Origin: Edaphobacter aggregans
Lineage (GTDB): Bacteria; Acidobacteriota; Terriglobia; Terriglobales; Acidobacteriaceae
Direction of reading: 5' to 3'
Assembly (NCBI RefSeq): GCF_003945235.1
Contig: NZ_RSDW01000001.1
Span: forward strand, 1,530,001-1,562,000
DNA length: 32,000 nucleotides
Shown: positions 25,833 through 32,000 of the stretch, piece by piece
Layout of the letters: the number at the start of each line of letters is the position of its first letter
Numbering within the stretch: the stretch's first letter is position 1
The notes under the pieces: generated by a model
Told to the model about the DNA's origin: nothing
What the model saw: the letters and a program-made list of their open reading frames with translations, nothing else
The model's database searches: none
Position numbers and translations under genes: made by a program

Positions 25833-26669
25833 CTAAAGCTTGTTATGTTCAATCTGTGTCAGGGAGACGTCCCAGTCGTACTCTTCCGCAAAGTTTTGCG
25901 GCTCCACTCGATAACGAATGTCCCAGTGCCGTGGCAGGGTCAATCCGTCCACCGGCTGAAAGTCTCCAAATCGCTCCTCTACAATCACAGTAGTTTGGTT
26001 AGGGTCGTAAATTGTCTGGCTTCCATGCAGCATGGTGAGCGTATAGACCGTTAGGACGTGATGATAAGTCTCCGGCTCGAAGTACAAACGAATCGACAGT
26101 TCTCCACTCTCAGAGCGCTTTTTAGGAACATAGGAGATCTCATGGAGTTGCTGACCGTTGATCTTTTTCAGCCTCTCATACTTCAGAGCCGGATTGGTGT
26201 TCTGGGTGTTCAGCAGTGGCCACGCCGTCGAAAGGATGCCGCCAAACAGCCCCTCTCGCAGGACTTCTTCTTGTAAAAAAAGAAAATTTCCTAGCCGTGA
26301 ACGACTTGTCTGGTCAACCATGGCCACCAAGTCCTGATTGCCATCGAAGACAAACTTTTCCCCGGGATATTGAGAGTTGCCAAACTGGAATTCACACTTG
26401 TGTTTTCGTTGCTGGGACAGCAAGGTCGCAGCCCCTTCCATATGAAGTGAGTGCCGGATGATCTCCGCAAATACGACCTTCCCCTGCGAAACTCTTGATA
26501 CCGCGGCGGCACGAGCGTCTGCACTACCAATCGAATCAAGGTGCCTGGAGATAATCGCATCACTCGTTAGCTTTGGCTCTTTTGCTGTGCACGGGATCAC
26601 TGCGACAAGAACCGACCCCACAATGATGGATGCCTGTCGTGCGACGTTCTTCGGTTTAATTATTTTCAT
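25833..26669 (-). CDS. Exported hypothetical protein (possibly LolA-like / lipoprotein-sorting-like beta fold)
   Basis: 278 aa with N-terminal signal/anchor IIVGSVLVAVIPCTA. Its start overlaps the upstream gene's stop by 14 nt (ATCAATGAAAATAATTAAACC). The fold guess is weak and based only on size and sequence texture. Confidence 0.65.
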   Translation of the reverse strand: MKIIKPKNVARQASIIVGSVLVAVIPCTAKEPKLTSDAIISRHLDSIGSADARAAAVSRVSQGKVVFAEIIRHSLHMEGAATLLSQQRKHKCEFQFGNSQYPGEKFVFDGNQDLVAMVDQTSRSRLGNFLFLQEEVLREGLFGGILSTAWPLLNTQNTNPALKYERLKKINGQQLHEISYVPKKRSESGELSIRLYFEPETYHHVLTVYTLTMLHGSQTIYDPNQTTVIVEERFGDFQPVDGLTLPRHWDIRYRVEPQNFAEEYDWDVSLTQIEHNKL

Positions 26670-28356
26670 TGATGGTCACCGGTACTTCGAACGAGGCTTT
26701 GGCAGCAGGCATACACTGCTGCACATCGCAGACTTGGAATTGGACATTGCCGTTGATCTTGGCCTTCGCAATGGCTGCGGTCGAATAGAACTGCCGGGTG
26801 AAGACAACATCTCCCCGATACTCCATCAACCCAGGAACATCACCGTTGTTCGCCAGGGGCGTCTGCCAGTCTTCGTTCCAGCGGAAGCCATCCGGCAATT
26901 GAGCATCGATCTTGATCGGCTTATACGAGACGTCCTGAGGGACTTGCGCGTAGACGTGCCATCCGTCGGCGACCTTCACGCGAACGACAAGCGTTACCAA
27001 TGCGCCCTTTTTAGAAAAAGTCCCTTCCTTGGAATGGAAGTAAGTCGCGGCAGTCGCGCCCACACTCACTGGGGCAACATCGGTCGGCTCAGTCACGCTC
27101 ATTGCATCGATTGCAGTTCTTACACTCACCGGTGTCGGTGCAGGACCTGCCGGCCCCGTAAAGAATCGGTAGTCATAAGAATCCGAGAAATAGAGTTTGC
27201 TTCGGTTCTGTTTCAGCCAGTCCTGCCATGCTGTCGCGTCCGTGAGAGACAAGCCGGTATAACGTTGCAGCAACCGTAATGCTTTGGGAGCTTCGCTGGG
27301 ATTGCTTAGTAGCCCGACGCATTTTTCCAGCAAGCGAGAATCATTATTGGCAATGCCGAGGCTTTTTGCATCCTCGTCAATCTCGAACCAGATCTCGCCA
27401 TGGGGCTGCCGCACGTATCCGAGATTAGGAGCGTAATATGCACGATACTTTTCAATACTGTCGCTATATTTGTCGATCAGGGATGGAAGAAAGTCATCGT
27501 AAGCCCTTTCAGCGCCGAGCATTCGCCTCAAGTCTTTCGTCGCGAGCATCATTTCTAACTCGCGGCGCCCGTGCAGGCCACGCCACACTGTCTGCTTCGC
27601 GCCATCGAACTGCTTCATGTACACAATCGTGTTCACAAATGCACGGCGAGCCTCTTCGGTCATAAGGCGCGGATTCGCTATCGGCCCCCACAGGAAAAGA
27701 TTCGCTTCACGAACCAGCGCCACACCGTGATCGCCCTTCATGTTGATTCCGCCGGCGATGATCTCAGAATCATCGGCATCAAGGAATTGCTCTACTGCAG
27801 CAACCAACCCAGGATCTTGCATTTTCTCTTGAACCTTCCACATGCCAACCGTCCTTCCCGTCACCGGGTCGGCTTCCTGGGTGAGGGTTGGCGTTACCGC
27901 AAGCGGTCCATGGAAGATCGGGTGATCGAGCCGAATCGTGTGCAATTTATCCCTCAGACATTCGCACAACAAGTCGATCTTTGTTCCAGTGCGGTCAATC
28001 CCATATAGGCCATTGCTTCCGACCAGCACCATCGGTTTGCGGAAATTCGGCGGCAACACAATCGGGATCCGAGCGTCTTTAACAATGACGTCGATATCTG
28101 TTGACATCTCGGGTTTGAAATCGGCACCTTTGGTTGTGGCGACCGAGATAAAGTGATTCTCGAGAAACTGCTTAAAATCGGCAGCGCGTTGGGGGCCCGG
28201 ACCACCCAGGACATCGGCATCACCACCGATATAAAGGATTCGTAGCGGTTGCTTGACCTCTACGGTCGCCGACTGCGCGGCCGAAAGCATTGCAACAAAG
28301 AGCGTGATGGCTAACAGGACGACCTTCTTCAAATCCAACCTCAATTTTGTATTCAT
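26656..28356 (-). CDS. Exported multidomain protein: unknown alpha/beta-like N-terminal and middle regions plus a C-terminal DsbD-alpha-like (DsbC/DsbD N-terminal family) domain
   Basis: I set the start at ATG 28356 (MNTKLRLDLKKVVLLAITLFVAMLSAAQS signal peptide); the ORF-track GTG at 28374 is the alternative. The C-terminal 140 aa carry ADGWHVYAQ and QFQVCDVQQCMPA, matching the DsbD N-terminal domain in this same operon. The N-terminal region (LRILYIGGDADV...) vaguely recalls ThuA/GATase-1-like folds, with low confidence. Confidence 0.8.
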   Translation of the reverse strand: MNTKLRLDLKKVVLLAITLFVAMLSAAQSATVEVKQPLRILYIGGDADVLGGPGPQRAADFKQFLENHFISVATTKGADFKPEMSTDIDVIVKDARIPIVLPPNFRKPMVLVGSNGLYGIDRTGTKIDLLCECLRDKLHTIRLDHPIFHGPLAVTPTLTQEADPVTGRTVGMWKVQEKMQDPGLVAAVEQFLDADDSEIIAGGINMKGDHGVALVREANLFLWGPIANPRLMTEEARRAFVNTIVYMKQFDGAKQTVWRGLHGRRELEMMLATKDLRRMLGAERAYDDFLPSLIDKYSDSIEKYRAYYAPNLGYVRQPHGEIWFEIDEDAKSLGIANNDSRLLEKCVGLLSNPSEAPKALRLLQRYTGLSLTDATAWQDWLKQNRSKLYFSDSYDYRFFTGPAGPAPTPVSVRTAIDAMSVTEPTDVAPVSVGATAATYFHSKEGTFSKKGALVTLVVRVKVADGWHVYAQVPQDVSYKPIKIDAQLPDGFRWNEDWQTPLANNGDVPGLMEYRGDVVFTRQFYSTAAIAKAKINGNVQFQVCDVQQCMPAAKASFEVPVTINENN

Positions 28357-28398
28357 GTTGTGATCTAACTCCACGTCGTCAATTTCTTACTCGGTCTA

Positions 28399-29733
28399 TC
28401 ACTGTGCCTTCGGCAACAGACTTCTCACTTCTGCGCGGAAGACCTCAGGCGTGTCGAGAGTGAACCCGACTTCGTTGAATCGAATCGTTCCTGATCCGTC
28501 GACGATTACCGTGTGCGGAATCGCGCCAATACCGTATGCGCGTTGAATCGTGTCATCCTTCAGCAAAACCCGAGCAGCAAAGCCGTACTTCTCTGCAAAC
28601 GGCCTCACTTTTGTGGTGTCTTCATCCAGGTTGATCATCAGCACTGTGAGACCCTGGTTCTTGAACTCATCTTGGATCTTCTGAAGGTGTGGGTACTCAG
28701 CGCGGCACGGTTTGCACGTTGTATCCCAGAAATTCAGAAGCACCACCTTGCCTCGCAGTTCAGACAATTTTGTTTTGCTACCAGAAACAGACGTCAGGCT
28801 GAAGTCAGGCGCGGGCTTATTGCTCTTCGCCTTGTTCATCGCATCCGCGATCAGCGCTTTGTCAAATGCGTCAAGTTTCTCATTCAGAAATTTTCCGAAA
28901 GGAGTCTGGCCGTCACGGGAACCATATACGGGGCGGGCTTCCTCTCTGATTCGCGTGACCAACGTTTGCTGTTCGGTCAATTCCTGCGTGAATCCAGCAG
29001 AAGCAGTCGGACCTACTACGTCAATGTGCTTCTGAGTTGCACTTACTCTGTGCGCTGCAAGACTGTACGCCTCGCCGAAGCTCTCGAGAGCATCGCCTTC
29101 CTTGCCTAAAGCTGCGTAACAACGAGCGATATTTCTGGCCGTGCTCGCAGAAGGATCCAGATGTCTGCTTCTTCGCAGTTCCTCGGATTCCTGCAGCGCT
29201 GCAAGCGCCTTCTGTGCAAATCCCATCTCCACAAGCGCTTCGCCCTGAATTGCCAACGCCGTAACGAGGCTCTGCTGAATCTTGCTCGTCGGTGCAGCTT
29301 TTGCATCAGACTTCAGGAGTGCAACCGTTGAATTCAACTGCTGCATGGCGGAGTCATACTGCTTTTTATTTAGGAAGGCAGTGGCTAGTCGCAGACGAGA
29401 GTCGGACTCCGTTACTGCTGGAACACTGGCCTTGGCCATTTCATCGACCGCCTTTGCCGCATCACTTAGGTCATCTACTCCGAGATACGCATCGATGAGA
29501 TTGGGATACAAAACGGAGTATTTGGATACCGGATCGCTGAATAAAGGCTCAGCCTCGCGGAACAAGCGCAGTTTTTGTGCCGGATCCTGCTGGCTCATTG
29601 CTTCGCGAAGCTTGTTGCCTGCAACACCAACCACAGGCGCCTGGCCATGCGAGACCCTTGGCGACATCGCCATAAATAGCAGAGCGAGAGCCGGTATTGG
29701 AAGACTGCAACGGTATTTCAAACTGAATTCCAT
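28399..29733 (-). CDS. Exported TPR-like helical repeat protein fused to a TlpA/ResA-type thioredoxin-fold thiol-disulfide oxidoreductase
   Basis: Signal peptide (LPIPALALLFMAMSPRVSHG). About 280 aa of helical, TPR-like repeats. The C-terminal region APDFSLTSVSGSKTKLSELRGKVVLLNFWDTTCKPCRAEYPHL carries a CxxC as CKPC. Confidence 0.88.
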   Translation of the reverse strand: MEFSLKYRCSLPIPALALLFMAMSPRVSHGQAPVVGVAGNKLREAMSQQDPAQKLRLFREAEPLFSDPVSKYSVLYPNLIDAYLGVDDLSDAAKAVDEMAKASVPAVTESDSRLRLATAFLNKKQYDSAMQQLNSTVALLKSDAKAAPTSKIQQSLVTALAIQGEALVEMGFAQKALAALQESEELRRSRHLDPSASTARNIARCYAALGKEGDALESFGEAYSLAAHRVSATQKHIDVVGPTASAGFTQELTEQQTLVTRIREEARPVYGSRDGQTPFGKFLNEKLDAFDKALIADAMNKAKSNKPAPDFSLTSVSGSKTKLSELRGKVVLLNFWDTTCKPCRAEYPHLQKIQDEFKNQGLTVLMINLDEDTTKVRPFAEKYGFAARVLLKDDTIQRAYGIGAIPHTVIVDGSGTIRFNEVGFTLDTPEVFRAEVRSLLPKAQ

Positions 29734-29742
29734 ACCTAATCC

Positions 29743-31809
29743 CTACTGCACCTTCGGCGCATTGCCTGTCAGTTCGTCTGCCAGTTCATTGGCGTTATAA
29801 ATCTTGCGTAGTCCTTCAAGGATGGCGCGTGAATCCACGCTCATCGCGCGCGCGCCTTCTTCGTCGTAAACATATCGTCCCGCCAGCAATGCTTTGTTAG
29901 CATCGAAAGCCACTCCTACAAGTTCGCCTTCAGTGTTTACAACCGGGCTTCCGGAATTGCCGCCAATGACATCCAGCGTTGATATTTCATTGAGCGGGAC
30001 ATTCGGGTCAATCTTGCCCCTCGCCTTCACCCAGCTCTCGGGCAATTGATACGGCGGTTTGTTTTCTTTTTCCTTCGCATATCCAAACGCGCCGCCCATC
30101 GTTGTAAATGGGAGATCAGCGCCGACCCCCTTCACGATTCCAAAGGTCAAACGAAGACTGCTGGTGGCGTCGGGAGATACCGCAAAGCCGTCAGCGGCGA
30201 ATGTCGCTTCTCCAATCGCGACTCGAATCCCCGTTAGGTCACCCGCGCCACGCCTGCCAGTCATGCGTTTTTTCTCCGAACGCGCCTCCTGATCAACAGA
30301 ACGCTGCACAATGATCAGGGGATCGGTACTCGCATCAATGGCGGCCTGACCGCCGGCCAGAAGTTCTTTGCGTACCTCCGGGTCATCAAGCTTAGTGTTT
30401 GCAATTAACTCGTGAGCTCGTTCTGCGGGTGTCTTCCCGCTCAGAACTTTCCGGACCAAAGGATCCTCTGATCCCAACTCATCCACGAGTTGCCCCAACG
30501 AATCCACCAACGCAATTTCATCAAGAGCCTTGTTGATCGAACTCTTGTTGGTGAGGTCGCGTTCTTGCATACGCCACGACGCATCACGAAATTCCGGGAG
30601 GCGCGCATCGTTTGGCTTGGATCGCTCTGCCGCTGCACGAACCAGGATTCGCGCATAAGACGCAAGGCGGCCACTCAAACCAACGGTCTCTGGATAATGT
30701 CGCTCCGAGTCGAACTTTCGCTGCTGCGCGATTGCTATGTCGAGCTCTCCCCAGGGATCTCCATACTCAGCTCTCAGTCTCGCATTGGCTGCAACCGTTT
30801 TCCGGAGCTTTTGTTCCTCCGCAGTCTTCTTGGCCATTAGATCCTTGTCGAGCAAGCCTGCCTGATATCCCCTGATCGCCTTCAGCCGGTTCTCCAAATC
30901 CCAAACCAGCGGCGCAACCATCGAAGCCTTCTCTGGTGACTTCTCGCTGAACTCTCTCAAAAGCTGGGCGCGTCGAGTGTACGACTTGATTTGCGCTGGG
31001 TAAACAACATCTCGAAGGTATTCCAATTGCGACAGCGTGCTCAGACGGGCTGTGGTCGATGGATTCCCTGCCGCAAACACGAGCGAGCCTTCTTTCGCCC
31101 CTGATGTCGAAACCTTCAGATAATTAGAGGTGTGAGCGGGCAACCCGTTTTCATAGGCACGAAAGAAAGCTATGTCGAGGTCGTATCTTGGAAATGTGTA
31201 ATTGTCCGCGTCTCCGCCGAAGAACGCACTTGTAACTTCGGGTGCAAATACCAGGCGAACATCGGAATATTTTTTGTAGCGATAGAGACGGTATACAGCC
31301 CCAGCATAGAGAGGAACTGTCTCACAGCTCAATCCCGTTTTCTTACACTCGTCTTCAATTCGCTGAAGCACAGCACGTCGCGCGTTTGCCGCTTCTGTAG
31401 ACTTTGCCGCTGGATTGGCCGCTGCAGACACGCTTGCAGTAATGTCTTCTATGTTCTGAAGCACTTCCACTTGCAGCCCCGCACATTTGACTTCCTCAGC
31501 GGAAGACTTAGCGTAAAACCCCGACTCCATGAAGTCTTTTTCTTTTGTCGAGGCGGCTATAATGCACTTTCTGCCTACGTGATGATTGGTGAGGATCAGG
31601 CCATTTGGCGAAACAAACGAGCCTGAGTCGCCCATTCGAACAGAGGAGAGGCGCAGGTGATCCAACCACGCCTGCGTAGGTTCGAAGCCGTACTTTGCCT
31701 TGATTCTCGCCATCGGCACATTGTCGAATGGCCACATCCCCTCGTCCGCCACTGCCCGTATCCCAAGGCAGAGCACAAGGAGGCCCGTCCATTGAAACCC
31801 TTTACGCAT
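29743..31809 (-). CDS. S46-family serine peptidase (dipeptidyl-peptidase 7/11-like), exported
   Basis: ADEGMWPF at the mature N-terminus, [17 protein letters not shown] (catalytic His region) and [11 protein letters not shown] (catalytic Ser). I set the start at ATG 31809 ([21 protein letters not shown] signal peptide). An upstream ATG at 31893 forms a TAATG overlap with the preceding gene but would bury the signal peptide. Confidence 0.88.
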   Translation of the reverse strand: MRKGFQWTGLLVLCLGIRAVADEGMWPFDNVPMARIKAKYGFEPTQAWLDHLRLSSVRMGDSGSFVSPNGLILTNHHVGRKCIIAASTKEKDFMESGFYAKSSAEEVKCAGLQVEVLQNIEDITASVSAAANPAAKSTEAANARRAVLQRIEDECKKTGLSCETVPLYAGAVYRLYRYKKYSDVRLVFAPEVTSAFFGGDADNYTFPRYDLDIAFFRAYENGLPAHTSNYLKVSTSGAKEGSLVFAAGNPSTTARLSTLSQLEYLRDVVYPAQIKSYTRRAQLLREFSEKSPEKASMVAPLVWDLENRLKAIRGYQAGLLDKDLMAKKTAEEQKLRKTVAANARLRAEYGDPWGELDIAIAQQRKFDSERHYPETVGLSGRLASYARILVRAAAERSKPNDARLPEFRDASWRMQERDLTNKSSINKALDEIALVDSLGQLVDELGSEDPLVRKVLSGKTPAERAHELIANTKLDDPEVRKELLAGGQAAIDASTDPLIIVQRSVDQEARSEKKRMTGRRGAGDLTGIRVAIGEATFAADGFAVSPDATSSLRLTFGIVKGVGADLPFTTMGGAFGYAKEKENKPPYQLPESWVKARGKIDPNVPLNEISTLDVIGGNSGSPVVNTEGELVGVAFDANKALLAGRYVYDEEGARAMSVDSRAILEGLRKIYNANELADELTGNAPKVQ

Positions 31810-31892
31810 CGAATTATTCCAATCTGACTGTTGTTCGTTATGAGACGGGCGACGACGATTCACCGCCGCCGCCCGTGTTGCCTGCGAAGACA

Positions 31893-32000
31893 TTAGAAGA
31901 CGAGCTTCAAGGCCATCTGAACGGAACGAGGACCGCCATTTGAGAAAATCGGAAGTATGCCCAGTAATCCGCCCTGTCCGCCGCTTCCCGCCATCGATGT
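31893..32000 (-). CDS. 3' end (35 codons) of an outer-membrane beta-barrel / TonB-dependent-receptor-like gene, truncated by the window edge
   Basis: My hand translation of the minus strand gives TSMAGSGGQGGLLGILPIFSNGGPRSVQMALKLVF, then a stop. The terminal aromatic (Phe) with an alternating hydrophobic pattern is the classic OMP C-terminal signature. The identity is tentative because only 35 aa are visible. Confidence 0.5.
   Translation of the reverse strand, partial: TSMAGSGGQGGLLGILPIFSNGGPRSVQMALKLVF

Overview
This 32-kb chromosomal window looks like an Acidobacteriota (Terriglobia-type) genome. That assignment is an inference from protein flavour and a characteristic intergenic repeat, and I cannot verify it here. 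The window has two compositional halves.

**Left half (nt 1 to about 19.9 kb).** It is GC-rich with a very strong strand bias: the + strand is C-rich regardless of gene orientation. It encodes:
- a 5'-truncated hypothetical protein and a multi-TM membrane protein
- a secreted GH27-like glycosidase and a Tat-exported multicopper oxidase
- a sugar-acid-type cluster (amidohydrolase-2 lactonase-like, Zn-dependent dehydrogenase, FucP/GluP-family MFS symporter)
- an S53 sedolisin-type peptidase
- a xanthine-dehydrogenase-family molybdoenzyme (L, S and FAD subunits, plus convergent xdhC and mocA-like maturation genes)
- a cysD-cysN-cysH sulfate assimilation operon

**Break point.** tRNA-Pro(CGG) at 19886-19962 marks a sharp compositional break. 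It is followed by a frameshifted, N-terminally truncated tyrosine-integrase remnant and an orphan 3' half of a tRNA-Leu(CAA) gene.

**Right half (about 20.7-32 kb).** It has lower GC and little strand skew, and is one tightly packed minus-strand operon. In transcription order it encodes an outer-membrane/TonB-dependent-receptor-like C-terminus, an S46 dipeptidyl-peptidase, a TPR-thioredoxin (CKPC) protein, an exported protein ending in a DsbD-alpha-like domain, a small exported protein, a double M16 zinc peptidase and a full-length DsbD.

This protease plus thiol-reductase locus is my best candidate for an undescribed system: reductive proteolysis or disulfide-rich peptide utilisation in the envelope. 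No CRISPR arrays, rRNA genes, intact transposases or recognisable defence genes were seen. All function calls rest on motif recognition by eye; no searches were run.
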